From Azolla caroliniana (Eukaryota; Plantae; Polypodiophyta), in assembly GCA_043228905.1 (NCBI GenBank), contig JBHGNT010000011.1:20584001-20648000 (forward strand): a stretch of 64,000 nucleotides of DNA, written 5' to 3'. A program made the position numbers and the translations under genes. The notes below the pieces were generated by a model that saw only the letters and a program-made list of their open reading frames with translations, did not search any database and was not told the DNA's origin. Shown in pieces: positions 28,701 through 41,085 of the stretch (position 1 is its first letter; every line of letters starts with the position of its first letter).

Positions 28701-31322
28701 AAAAATCGCATTACAAAACTAATCAATTTGCAAAATCAGATTATCTCTTCGACCTCAAAGCACTTGCCGACCTCATTCTTGAGTCTATTGAGGATACAAT
28801 GTGTAGATTGAATCTACACAAACATCAACCAATAGTCCCATCGCCTTTTTTTATTGTTTGAAAGCATCTATACAGTTTCTTTATGTTTTATTAATGATAC
28901 TTTGTGTTAACATTGTTTAGAGACAACTGGCTTTATTATCATATTTTCTTCTTACTCCTTATCCCTAGGTTTTCTTTATTTTTTTATCCCCAATTTGATG
29001 GTCTCATTGTTCCTCTATCTCTTGATCATGTACCCAACTAGTATAGTCTTCATTTATCCAACTATGTATTTTTTTTCTACATGTATATCTTTCCACATGT
29101 GATTGATGAGTTCCATCCAATAATCTTTCTTGTTCGATCGCTTTGTCTACAATATCCTGCTTATCATATATCAATCGCCTTTATATCACGTGATTGTTTA
29201 CTTCCTCTTTCTCTTTACTCTACTTCGGTGAGAATTTTCTTTTCCTCCCCCACATTGCACTTTAAACGTCTTGATGGTGGAGAACCTTTCACATCTCAAT
29301 ACACTTTCACATTGGCTATTTGGTTAATGAGACTTGTATTGTTAGTCCAACTTGATAATTTTGAATTCTACTATTTGATACGAACATGTGACCTTTTGTG
29401 GGTCCAAAAATTAACATATTTTCCCTTCTGATCACATGTTGCCATGTCAACCTCTTATTGTGTGAATCTTTTCCTTGTTTATTAAAAAACATGATGCTTT
29501 TGCTCTTGAACAACAACTAACAACCAACAACTAGCAATTTTATAATGAACCACTCCAAGAATGAGAAAATACGAGAAATTCGAGAATGAAAAACTTGGAG
29601 GCATATCGAGCGATGGTCTCAATTATATATAAAATGGTTTTAGTCAACTTGTCTCATTATGATATTATGCTTGATAACAACCCAATCCTCTAATATATTC
29701 AAATAGTTTGTTCTAAAGATAGTGTAGTGGGAGAATACACGAGTTTCACGAAAAAAAACTCTTTGTTTACAATAATTTACCCTAGAACAAAGCGATTCCC
29801 AATCATTCATCGTTTGTGCATACAAAAAAAGAAGTTTTAATATCCTTATGTCTTCACTTGAGTTGTTTGCCACATGTTTTCAATGTTGCTAGATAAGATA
29901 AAGACATAACCTAGAAAGTTTTGTAACCCACAAATTGTTGTGATCCTAAGACTAGCAATTTCAGTGAGTTGAAAGTTTACGGCTTGATCAAAAGTAGATT
30001 GGTTTATGACCCATTGAGTGAACAAGATTCACATATCACTCACAAATCAATCAACAGTAAAAAAAACTCTATACCATGGATAGTTTTCTAAGTTCAAACA
30101 GACCCATTCATGAATTTGGTTTTATGGCTAATTCTCTCTCTTTAGATTTGTTGAATGGACTTGGAACACACTTAACCTTTCCTCAACACCCTATGGGCCT
30201 TTTTTATTCTAATAACTTTGCTAGGTCCTTTTTCAACTTAAACACATTAAATGTTCACCATAACCCTCTTCTTGTTAGTAACAAGTTCCATTAAACATTG
30301 CGAGTCATCAAGTTGTGACACTTAGGGAGTTACTAAATTTGTGATCCCTTGACATCGAAGTTACACTCGTAAAGTGTGATGCACTCTTAGTTGTTCACTG
30401 ACATTCAAATAATGGTTTATCTCACGAATCACACTGAGGTGCTACGATAGGGAAAAGACAAATTCTAATATGAAAAAACAAAGTTGTCATTGAATGTGGG
30501 CATGCTACAAAAAAAAGCTTCAACAAAATAACCCGCAAATAAAATAATCAAAATTATGAAGTGGTAGTTCGATTAATTAGACATAAGACGTGCTTAGATG
30601 ATTGCAATGACACAAAGGGAGCAATTCGAAAATATGAAGCTCGATGGCTTTAAAAAGAAATTACGATCAAACATTAGGCATATAGAATTGGCTTAGTAAG
30701 CATAATATTATTCTTCAAACTCACTTTTAATAGTTGATGATGTTGAGCATTAATAATTGGTTCAATCATGATTATTGCTCTCTTTGATGTTCTCAGAAAA
30801 ACAATCAAAAATCATGGCATGTGGAACATGATGGATGTATTAAAAGAAAACAAAGAAGAGCATAGATCATTGATGAAGTCTTTGCGACAACATATATATA
30901 TATATATACAAAATGTGATAATCATGGTAATCGAATATGTTGAGATTTATCTTAATCAAATATGTTGGAGTTGTTTTTTAATCAGATATGCTAGAATGAG
31001 TTTTATATAAAAAAATGGAGTTGTTTCATAATGAATCGACAACTATTGACGTCATAGTCTAGTTCAATTTGTTTGCACCACAGGTTTTAGTTTTATTTAT
31101 TCCGTTATTCTCGTAACATGATGTCCAATGCTAGTGCATCATAGTTTGATTCTCTCTCTCTCTCAATCCTTGTTTATGTTCATGCATACCAACAATTATT
31201 AAGAAATATACCCAAACATATTGTTTGCGAAACAAAATGTCACACTTGAATTTGCATGTGATATCACATTTACAATATCATAAAACATGTTGATCGTATT
31301 TGACTAAAAGACATGCAATATG

Positions 31323-31940
31323 TGTAAGGAATAGACCCTTCTATTCACCTTCACCACTCGGCCACAACCGAGTAAGCGCGAATCAATGGAGCAGAAAATA
31401 GGAACCACAAAGAGAAACAAAACGCGAGTACACAGGGATTAACGTGGAAAACCCTAGACGGGAAAAACCACGGGAGTACAAGACTCCAAACCAACACTAT
31501 ACAGAGAAGTATACAATGGCGAGCTGCAAGGCGACGACCTTGAGCTCGCTTTCTTCGCCACAGGCGGCGGTATTACACAGAGGCGTCGACCTCTTCCTCT
31601 CTCACGCTCTATCTCTCTCACGCTCTATCTCTCTCACGGCTGCTCTCTCTTCACTCCTCTAAAGTGGAAAAACAGAAAAATGAGAAGCAACAGTAAAACT
31701 GTTTGCCCTAAGTCATATTTATACTTATATGACTTTGGGCTATTTACAACTATAGCCTCAGGGGCCCATAGCGAACATATTCACGGATATGTCCCTGCAT
31801 CCGGATCGCTCTCCGGGTACATTCGTCATCCGGCACCGAAGCCGGGGTCTTCATCATCCGGTTCCGAAACCGAAACCGGGCTTGTCGGCATTCATCTCCG
31901 ATATCCGACCATCCCATCCGAAGGGACCGAAATCCCAACA
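31323..31940 (-). repeat. 3' LTR of copia element
   Basis: 618-bp direct repeat of 36054-36671; the only difference I could see is at the third base (TGTAAGG vs TGCAAGG). Confidence 0.97.
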
Positions 31941-31950
31941 AACTCCCCCT

Positions 31951-34900
31951 TCACTTCGGCATGGGATGTCTCTCCAATCCGATCCTCTTCCGGCATGCTT
32001 CCAGCTTGTCGGGTGTGAGCACCTTGGTCAGCATATCCGACCCGTTCTCGTCCGTGTGGATCTTCGTCAGCACGAACTCCTTGTCTTCTATCCTTTCCCG
32101 GATCCAGTGATATCTTCGCTGGATGTGCTTCGTCCGGGAGTGATAGGCCGCGTTCTTTGCAAGGTGGATTGCACTCTGACTGTCGCAGTAGAGTCGGTAC
32201 TCCTCCTGCCGGATACCGAGCTCTCTAATGAAGTCCTTCATCCATATTATTTCCTTGCCGGCTTCAACAGCCGCCATGTACTCCGCCTCCGTGGTTGACA
32301 GCGCAACCGTCTTCTGCAGCCTCGACTGCCATGAAACAGCTCCCCCTGCATACGTCAACACATACCCTGATGTGGACCGGCTGGTATCTGCATCAGCCGA
32401 CATATCCGAATCGGTAAAGCCGTCGAGTTCGGGCTTTCCGGAGCCGAATCGGAGGCACACGTTTGCCGTGCCCTTCAGGTATCGGAGTATCCACTTGGCC
32501 GCGTTCCAATGCTCTTTGCCGGGATTGCTCATGTACCGGCTCACCACACCGACTGCATATCCGATGTCCGGTCTCGTACACACCATGGCGTACATCAAGC
32601 TCCCGACGGCTGAGGCATACGGCACTTTCATCATATCCTCCTTTTCAGCCTTTGTCTTGGGACTTTGCTTGCTGGACAGCTTGCAGTTTGTCGGGAGGGT
32701 CGATCCGACCGGTCTTGCTTCCGACATGTTGAACCGTTTAAGCACCTTTGTCACGTACTTCTCTTGTGACAGCCACAACTGCTTCTTGCTCCGGTCCCGG
32801 ATGATGTGCATCCCTAGTATTTGTCTCGCCGGACCCAAGTCCTTCATTGAGAAGGTTCGGTGAAGAGCCTTCTTCAGCATCCGTATCTTGACCTGGTCTC
32901 GTCCGACGATCAACATGTCGTCCACGTACAGGAGGAGTATTAGAGAGTCTCCTCCTTCGAATTTCTTCACAAACACGCAGTGGTCGGACTGCGTTTTGAG
33001 GTACCCTTCGTCGGTCATGAAGGAGTCGAACTTCCGGTACCATTGCCGGGGAGCCTGCTTCAGTCCGTAAAGGCTCTTCTTCAACCGGCATACCAGGTGC
33101 TCCTTCCCTTTCTTCTCGAATCCTTCCGGTTGCTGCATGTAGATCTCTTCTTCGAGGTCACCGTGAAGGAATGCCGTCTTCACGTCCATCTGTTCTACCT
33201 CGAGGTCCATGCTTGCCGCTATGCTCAGCACCGTCCGGATGGAGGTCATCTTCACTACCGGGGCAAATATCTCGTCGAAGTCGACGCCCTTCTTCTGCTG
33301 AAACCCCTTCACCACGATCCTGGCTTTGTATCTCGGGGGGTTTCCGGCATCTCCCGGTTTCAGCTTGAACACCCACTTGTTTCGAAGTGCCCGCTTTCCT
33401 TTCGGCAACTCCACAAGTTCATATGTGTGGTTCTCATGCAGGGAATCCATCTCGTCCTGCATGGCACTCAACCACCTGCGGCTCTGGGTGTCATGCTTTG
33501 CTTCTTCAAAGCTCTCCGGCTCCCCCTCGTCGGTTAGCAGCACGTGCTCTGGTTCCGGAAATCTCCGGGGGGCCCTTCTCTCTCTTAGAGGATATCTCCG
33601 TTCCGGAGCTTCGGTAACCGGTTCTTCCGATTCTTCTTCATCCGAATCCATTTCGGGATCGGGGCCGGTTCCGGTATCATTTTCGTCTTCTTCGGCCGGT
33701 TCGGTTTCTTCACCGTCTTCGGCCGGATCCTCGAGTGCTAACCGGTCCCTTGCCGGTCGGGACTGCTCCTCGTAGAGTTTATCCTCACCGGTCGACTTGG
33801 AGCTCTTCATCTTCTTCTCCGACTCCCAGTCGGCGAGTGTCTTGTCCTCCATAAAGACGATATCTCGACTCCTGAATATCTTCTTGTCGACCGGGTCCCA
33901 TACTCGGTAGCCGAACTCGTCGTCGCCGTATCCGAGGAATATGCATGGCCGGGTCTTTGGATCTAGCTTTCCTCTCCGGTCCTTTGCCACGTGCACGTAT
34001 GCGAGACACCCGAACACCTTCAGATGCCGGTAGGATACTTCCCTACCGGTCCACACTCTCTGCGGCGTGTCTCCGCCCAAAGGTACTGAGGGTGATCTGT
34101 TTATCACGTATGTCGCCGTCGACATCGCCTCAGCCCAAAAACCCTTGGGTAATTCCGCATGCGCCAGCATACTCCGGACCCTCTCCATTATGGTCCGGTT
34201 CATCCTCTCGGCCAGCCCGTTCAGTTCCGGCGTCTTCGGCACAGTAAACTCGAGCCGGATTCCCTTCGAGCGACAGTATTCCTGGAACTGCCCCCGGTAT
34301 TCCCCTCCGTTATCCGCTCGTATCGCTTTCAGCTTCTTGCCGGATTCTCTTTCCACTCTCGCGTGGAGTTCTTTGAAGACGGACAACACTTGGTCCTTTG
34401 TCTTCATCGGTGCCGTCCACAGCTTCCGGCTGTGGTCATCAATGAATGTCACGAAGTACTGGGCTCCGCCATGTGACTTCGTTTCTACTTGACACACATC
34501 AGTGTGTACCAACTCCAATGGTACACTACGTCTCGTCGGTGGCCTTGAGTGGAAGGAGGCTCGGTTCTGCTTACCGGCCAGGCAATCGGTGCACTTCTCC
34601 AGGTGCACGTGCTTCACTGGAATAAGGTTGTCTTCTGCAAGCCTCTTCATCCCCTTCTCACTCATGTGGCACAGTCTTTTGTGCCACAGCTCACCGGCAG
34701 TGTCGGCTGCCACATTCAGCTCTTCCGGACATAACCAGGCATTCATCAGGTACAGTGTGTTGACCTTCCGGGCCCGAGCCACTATCAAGCTCCCCTTGCT
34801 GAACTTCATGACACCGTTCCGGATGCTACCCGTGTAGCCTTCATCATCTAGCCTCCCGGCCGAAATCAGGTTCAGTCGGACCTCCGGAACGTGTCGGACA

Positions 34901-36024
34901 TTCTTCAGCAGCATTTTGCATCCGGTCGGGGTTGTCAACCACACGTCTCCTATGCCGGCAATCCGGCACGTACCTTCGTTTCCCATCCGAACACAGCCAT
35001 GCTCGCCGGCTGTGTAGGATGAGAAGTATCTTCTCTCCGGGGTCAGGTGGAACGATGCTCCGGAATCGACCACCCAGGTCGTCTCATCGCCGGCAATGTT
35101 TAGTTCACCTTCTTCGGTGATGAGCATGATCTCCTCTTCACTTGCCGCGAGTGCCGTCGTTCCTTTCCGGTCCTGTCCTCGCCGATCCGAACCATTCCGG
35201 TCCGTGGCTCCCCGGTATGCACCGTTTCTCTTCGGTGACTTCTTCGAATCGGTGTTGTCGGTTCCATTGTCTTTTCGGTAATGCCGACAATTCTTTCGGA
35301 AGTGCCCCGGCTTCCCACAGTGGAAGCATGTGGGCCTTCCTCTTGACTGCGACCGGGTCCCCGACTTCTCCCGTCTTTGCGGACTCCGGTTCCATTGTCT
35401 TCCCCGATCCGATTCGGTAAACAACATCTTCGGGTCGGAGGCCGGTTCCTTATCTCTCCGACGCGCTTCTTCATTCAAAATACTTGTCTTTACCGTTTGT
35501 AAGGACAAGTTATCTTCGGTGTAGGAGGTGCTGAGAGTTACCACCAAGTTCTCCCAGCTTTCCGGCAATGTACACATCAGAATGATGGCTTGCATTGCGT
35601 CCTCCAGCGGGAACTTGATCGCCGCAAGCTGGTTCACGAATCCCATGAACGTGCTTACGTGTTCCACCATACTCTCGCCGTCCCGGTACTTGAGGTTCAC
35701 TATCTTCCTCATCAGGGAGGTCCGGTTCAACGCATTCTTCCTCTCGTAGAGGCCCGACAGCTTCCGCCACATCTCATATGCGTTGGTGTCGTTCGCCACA
35801 TGTTGTAGAACGCTCACGTCAACGTATTGCCGAATGGTTGCAACGGCTTTCCGGTTCAGAAGCCTCCATTCCGACTCAAGTACCCCCTTCGGTATTTCCG
35901 ACCTGTCGATCGGTTCGTACAGGTCCCGAACAATCAGAAGATCCTCCATCTTGATCTTCCAGTCGGCGTAATTCTGTGCATTCAGCACCATCATCCCCGG
36001 ATGCCCGCTGCCGCCGCCTTCCAT
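31951..36024 (-). CDS. Copia Gag-Pol polyprotein (gag, zinc knuckle, protease, integrase, RT, RNase H)
   Basis: CFHCGKPGHFRKNC knuckle, WVVDSGAS protease, WHKRLCH..CTDC and RADNGGEY integrase, QMDVKTAFLHG and LLLYVDDMLI RT, DSQSAIHLAKN..RTKHI RNase H, in copia domain order. First ATG at 36024. Confidence 0.97.
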   Translation of the reverse strand: MEGGGSGHPGMMVLNAQNYADWKIKMEDLLIVRDLYEPIDRSEIPKGVLESEWRLLNRKAVATIRQYVDVSVLQHVANDTNAYEMWRKLSGLYERKNALNRTSLMRKIVNLKYRDGESMVEHVSTFMGFVNQLAAIKFPLEDAMQAIILMCTLPESWENLVVTLSTSYTEDNLSLQTVKTSILNEEARRRDKEPASDPKMLFTESDRGRQWNRSPQRREKSGTRSQSRGRPTCFHCGKPGHFRKNCRHYRKDNGTDNTDSKKSPKRNGAYRGATDRNGSDRRGQDRKGTTALAASEEEIMLITEEGELNIAGDETTWVVDSGASFHLTPERRYFSSYTAGEHGCVRMGNEGTCRIAGIGDVWLTTPTGCKMLLKNVRHVPEVRLNLISAGRLDDEGYTGSIRNGVMKFSKGSLIVARARKVNTLYLMNAWLCPEELNVAADTAGELWHKRLCHMSEKGMKRLAEDNLIPVKHVHLEKCTDCLAGKQNRASFHSRPPTRRSVPLELVHTDVCQVETKSHGGAQYFVTFIDDHSRKLWTAPMKTKDQVLSVFKELHARVERESGKKLKAIRADNGGEYRGQFQEYCRSKGIRLEFTVPKTPELNGLAERMNRTIMERVRSMLAHAELPKGFWAEAMSTATYVINRSPSVPLGGDTPQRVWTGREVSYRHLKVFGCLAYVHVAKDRRGKLDPKTRPCIFLGYGDDEFGYRVWDPVDKKIFRSRDIVFMEDKTLADWESEKKMKSSKSTGEDKLYEEQSRPARDRLALEDPAEDGEETEPAEEDENDTGTGPDPEMDSDEEESEEPVTEAPERRYPLRERRAPRRFPEPEHVLLTDEGEPESFEEAKHDTQSRRWLSAMQDEMDSLHENHTYELVELPKGKRALRNKWVFKLKPGDAGNPPRYKARIVVKGFQQKKGVDFDEIFAPVVKMTSIRTVLSIAASMDLEVEQMDVKTAFLHGDLEEEIYMQQPEGFEKKGKEHLVCRLKKSLYGLKQAPRQWYRKFDSFMTDEGYLKTQSDHCVFVKKFEGGDSLILLLYVDDMLIVGRDQVKIRMLKKALHRTFSMKDLGPARQILGMHIIRDRSKKQLWLSQEKYVTKVLKRFNMSEARPVGSTLPTNCKLSSKQSPKTKAEKEDMMKVPYASAVGSLMYAMVCTRPDIGYAVGVVSRYMSNPGKEHWNAAKWILRYLKGTANVCLRFGSGKPELDGFTDSDMSADADTSRSTSGYVLTYAGGAVSWQSRLQKTVALSTTEAEYMAAVEAGKEIIWMKDFIRELGIRQEEYRLYCDSQSAIHLAKNAAYHSRTKHIQRRYHWIRERIEDKEFVLTKIHTDENGSDMLTKVLTPDKLEACRKRIGLERHPMPK

Positions 36025-36053
36025 TTTCTGCAACAGTCGCTCTGATACCAGTT

Positions 36054-36671
36054 TGCAAGGAATAGACCCTTCTATTCACCTTCACCACTCGGCCACAACC
36101 GAGTAAGCGCGAATCAATGGAGCAGAAAATAGGAACCACAAAGAGAAACAAAACGCGAGTACACAGGGATTAACGTGGAAAACCCTAGACGGGAAAAACC
36201 ACGGGAGTACAAGACTCCAAACCAACACTATACAGAGAAGTATACAATGGCGAGCTGCAAGGCGACGACCTTGAGCTCGCTTTCTTCGCCACAGGCGGCG
36301 GTATTACACAGAGGCGTCGACCTCTTCCTCTCTCACGCTCTATCTCTCTCACGCTCTATCTCTCTCACGGCTGCTCTCTCTTCACTCCTCTAAAGTGGAA
36401 AAACAGAAAAATGAGAAGCAACAGTAAAACTGTTTGCCCTAAGTCATATTTATACTTATATGACTTTGGGCTATTTACAACTATAGCCTCAGGGGCCCAT
36501 AGCGAACATATTCACGGATATGTCCCTGCATCCGGATCGCTCTCCGGGTACATTCGTCATCCGGCACCGAAGCCGGGGTCTTCATCATCCGGTTCCGAAA
36601 CCGAAACCGGGCTTGTCGGCATTCATCTCCGATATCCGACCATCCCATCCGAAGGGACCGAAATCCCAACA
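36054..36671 (-). repeat. 5' LTR of copia element
   Basis: Adjacent to the PBS; direct repeat of 31323-31940. Confidence 0.97.
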
Positions 36672-37838
36672 ATATGTTTGGTTGTATATTTGGGCAAATG
36701 ATCAAAAAATTACTCAACTTATCATAACTCCCAAATGCCCCTTTAATTTATCGTTATTGCTAAATGCCACGAAATAATTGTTTGTATGCTAGACGATTTT
36801 CAATAATCTAACAAGCTATTACTTTTCGATAATTACCTTTATGTTTTAATTAGTCATTGTGCCTAATTATTTGTTTTCTACTTTCTGTAATAATACAAAT
36901 TAACATTGCAAAATATGATACAAACTAAAAATACTTTGAAATTAAAACCTAATGATAGTTTTTCTCGTTCTTTTGAATCTTTTTCCTACACGATATGTAT
37001 TTAAGAAATTATGACATTTTGGAAATTATGCTAAAGGAGAATGGATATTGTAGTAGAGGTAAGTTTTTAAGAGAAGTGGCCAATATGGCTTTAGATGGGT
37101 GGAGAATATCTTTAGAACATACTCAATACTAGAGCACTAAGTGGAACTACTACACACATAGGTGGCTGCTTCCACCGATGGCTTCCAATATTGTACATGG
37201 GATGTAAATATGTAGGTATAGCAGAAAAAGAGTACGTTTGGATGAGTAGAGATGGTGTAAATTGGGGTTTGTTTAAGTTTTGTTGGGGATAAGGGCTGTA
37301 TGAGTTTTGCTGGGTTTTTTTGTTGGTTTTGGAGTTCTTCCTCCGTGTTGTATATACTGATCCCATTGTGGATTTGAGTTGAACTTTGTTGTATTTGGTT
37401 TGCTAACTAATGCGAAGTAGTGTTTTTTTGAAAAAAATAAACTAGAGCACTAAGATTTATCACATCGATAAAATTTTGACATCACTTGTATCCATGGGAT
37501 ACATATGAAATAGGTAAATCCATTGTCGAGAAGTCGCGCTTAACCACACGTAGTATGTGAATGCAGTCATTAGAGAACTTTCGTTAAAGTCTACTTTGTT
37601 GTAAGTGTACGAGAATATATTCTTCGTATTAAATGCATTGGATATGACATGATATTCACCAATCTCCCGTCGTGATTGATTGTTGTATGATTCTCTTTGA
37701 GTATGATTGCTAGTGTAGCTTGTCGATGTGCTTTGGTCTTAGAAATGGCTTGTTTGTGTGAATTTAGTTGTGAGTCAACAAAGGTCACGTGTCAAAGAAG
37801 TTCACGAATGTCTCATATATTGTGAAAGAAGATAATTA

Positions 37839-38032
37839 AGCAAATTTATTTTTGTCCAACATTTTCTCCATTGGGTAGGCAATTACCCATTTCCACAATC
37901 ATCCCCAAAATATTTTGGCATATTTCCACAATCAATTAAGGAGTAAATATGCCAAAATCATTTTGGGGATGATTGTGGAAATGGGTAATTGCCTACCCAA
38001 TGGAGAAAATGTTGGACAAAAATAAAATTGCT
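37839..38032. repeat. Near-perfect inverted repeat (~87-bp arms, ~18-nt loop)
   Basis: Arms differ by one mismatch and one 1-nt indel. Confidence 0.92.
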
Positions 38033-39409
38033 ACTTGGAAGGAGACAAGGGATAATTGAAGGAGATTACATGGGTTGGAAGCAGGGGGCAACCATGTAAT
38101 TTATATATTGGCAATATGCGAGCAAGATCACGCTTTGGGCAATGTACAAGATGCCAAAACATCAAGGGATGAGTGGACAACCTAGGCAAAATGTTTGTTG
38201 CGAACATGCATGCTCGAAATCTTCATCTAAGGCAAAAAATTAACAATATACAGTAGACATGTATCTTTATTAATTGCTACACTTTTTACTTGCATCAATC
38301 AATGTGATGGTCAATATGGAAGAGATGGTACAAATATGTCCTAGAGGATGAACACAACAAATTGGTCCATTGAGAACTGTTATAGCTGTTAGAGACATTG
38401 CCATCATTCTCCAATCTATAATTAATGCTACTCATAAAGGAAAAATACATTGGCAACAAGAACTTTGGATTGGAAAACTGGACATTCCATTCTCATAAGA
38501 CGTTGAGGATGAAGATCCACTAGTGGGTGGAAGTTGGAACAATGAGAAATGATGGAATTTGTATAAATAATATCTGAAATTTCAAATTTGCCAAGGAAGA
38601 AACTTAAAAAACAAAGAGAATTTCCAAGGCAAAGAAACAACCACCAAAACGACACAAAATGATAGTACTATGGAAAATCAATTTGCGTGGATGTAGATTG
38701 ACAGAAAAGAAGAGTGAAGTTGAATGCTCCATTTTTAGTCCACCATTGATAAGACTTGAATTTTCAATTTTCCCAAGGAAGAAACATAATATATCAGGGA
38801 AATTTCCAAGTCAAAGAAAACAACCATTGACCCAACAAGAAGTGCTAGTACTATGGAGAACCAAGCCAAATGGATGTTGATTGTCAAAAAGAAGAAGATT
38901 GATACAACCAATTGCACAATTCAACTCACGAACTATGTCTCTACTTCTCAGTGTGATGGTCATAGCAGAATTCTTGTGATGAGTCATAGAAGGTGCAAAT
39001 AATATTATAGGTAAAGCTACAAAAAGAGAGGGTTGATTTATATAGAACCTATATGGAAGTTCGACATACAATTTAGAAATTGCTAACAACACAATGATGA
39101 TGGGAGAGTGGGTGTGATATCTAAGGCTTCCGCTTCATTCAATACTAAGGCATCTTTCATTGAGTAAGTAAATTACAAGACTTTTAACACACACAAACAC
39201 ACACACACACACTTCCCCCAATTTTTTATGTTACTTCCTTAGCAAACTAGTAGCCTGCAAAATGAGAGAAGGATGGATGTTTATTCTTGATTCTAACAAG
39301 ATAAAATTTTCTAGGTGTACCAAAAGGTTTTCTTTATTAGGCATATAAATGCGACACAAGTGGATTGACCACCTCAACTTATAGAAGTTACATACTATGC
39401 AATCAAGTT

Positions 39410-39643
39410 GATTCATTAGTGGACATTTGCTCTTCAGAGAAAATACGATGAATGATATACATGACGTATAACAATTTGGGAAGCAAGGATTCATTAGTGG
39501 ACATTTGCTCTTCATAGAAAATATGATGAATGACATACATGAAGTATAGCAATTTGGGAAGCAAGGATTCATTAGTGGACATTTGCTCTTCATAGAAAAT
39601 ACGATGAATGACATACATGAAGTATAGCAATTTGGGAAGCAAC
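39410..39643. repeat. Tandem repeat, 3 x 78 bp
   Basis: Unit GATTCATTAGTGGACATTTGCTCTTCATAGAAAATACGATGAATGACATACATGAAGTATAGCAATTTGGGAAGCAAG. Confidence 0.9.
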
Positions 39644-39875
39644 ACATTTATCCATTTTCCACATAAGGTAAATGTAAGTAGCAATTTTTTTGGATGTCAT
39701 TCACTCTTATGTATGGGGTCACAAATTGCACCAATTAGTGGGTGCAAGTACATTACCCCATTGACAATCACTCTCATCGTGTGTATTTTGATCCATCTAA
39801 AAAGAGTTTAAAGTTTTCTATAAACTCTTCTGCAAGTTCATAAACTTGGTGTAAAATATGTTTGAGTTGTCGAAG

Positions 39876-40394
39876 TTTTTTTTTTTTTTTCCAAAATGAA
39901 GCTACTTTCCCATTAGTTAGGAAGAATTATTACAAAGAGACTGTACAAGGAGGCTTATACATAGAACAGGGAATCTCCCCCCGATTAGGTTCACGAAAAT
40001 GAGACTAGTTACATCGCCTTTCGGACTGACTACTTAATGTAAGTACCTATAGCTAAAAACGGTGCCCTTCAGTGATGGCTACTAGTATGAGACACCTCCT
40101 GGGTTTGACAACGAAGGGAGGGTGGTAAGTGAGCCGGAAACAACTAACGTGGGGGCTGGTAGTTCCACCTCGGGCCACTTCCTCCTTGTGTCACCATAGG
40201 CGTGTTCCGCAATTTTTGCCAAAAGCGCAAACGGGCAGTAACCACGTCATTAGAATGGCTGCAAACCTCGTCCAATTGCACTCGTAAGAAGCTAATCAGC
40301 GCAAACCATATGTCCATGATCACTTCCTCTGGGGGCCGCACCAGATCCTGAAACACCTTTAGACAACACGGTTTCCATACATACCATAGGGTGA
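39876..40394 (-). mobile_element. 5'-truncated L1-type LINE fragment
   Basis: Poly(T) at 39876-39890 (poly(A) tail on minus strand), 11-bp TSD AGTTGTCGAAG (39865-39875, 40395-40405), ORF2 C-terminal remnant LWYVWKPCCLKVF..DIW. Confidence 0.85.
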
Positions 40395-40628
40395 AGTTGT
40401 CGAAGATTTGTTTTGTTGCATTTGATTTGATGATGGAGGAAAATACTATATGTGAGATTACAAAATTCCTCGAGAGGGTAGGCATTTAATTCACCACCAA
40501 TTCACTTATGGGTACTATAGGAGAATGATATAGTGGAAAGAAAGAAAGAGTCATTATATAATAGAAGTCGTTATCACTCTAGTAAATGAGAAGAACATGT
40601 TGCACATGTATAGGGTGGAAGTAATGTC

Positions 40629-41085
40629 TAACGATCGGCAACGGTTCGGTTTGAACCGAACCACGAAACCGCGGCTTAACGACTTCAATGGTTTGGTTTG
40701 GTTTGGTTCAGGTTTAGGTTTTTTAAAACCATTTGGTTCAGTTTTAACAACCAAAAACTACGGTTTTTTTTAAAATTAAAAAAATTAAAAAAATTGTTTT
40801 AAAACAATCTTTTCATTTTTAGACCTCATTTTTAGGAACATCTTCAAAATTTTAAAAATGTTAAAAAATGAAATGTTATAAATTTAAACAAATTAAAAAT
40901 TAAAAATAAAAAATTTGACTTATGTTGAAAACTGAAACCAAACCACGAAACCGCGGTTTTTACGATTTAATGTTCTAACAGTTTGAAAAAAATTTAACGG
41001 TTTCATGGTTTGGTTCAGGTTTCAAAATTTTTAAATGGTTCGGTTTAGACCCTCTTAAACCGAACCGAACCGTTGCCGATTGTTA
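40629..41085. mobile_element. hAT-type MITE
   Basis: TIR TAACGATCGGCAACGGTTCGGTT / AACCGAACCGTTGCCGATTGTTA, 8-bp TSD GTAATGTC, subterminal AACCG repeats, AT-rich centre. Confidence 0.9.

Larger units (their letters stand above)
31323..36671 (-). mobile_element. Full-length intact Ty1/copia LTR retrotransposon (Tnt1/Tork-like)
   Basis: TG..CA LTRs at 31323-31940 and 36054-36671 (618 bp each); 5-bp TSD ATATG (31318-31322, 36672-36676); tRNA-iMet PBS TGGTATCAGAGCG (36050-36038); polypurine tract GAAGGGGGAG just inside the 3' LTR; uninterrupted gag-pol. Confidence 0.98.

Noticed and set aside
32228-36045. Many plus-strand ORFs (up to 211 aa) antisense to the copia polyprotein
   Set aside because: Shadow ORFs expected opposite a GC-rich coding strand; no recognisable motifs.
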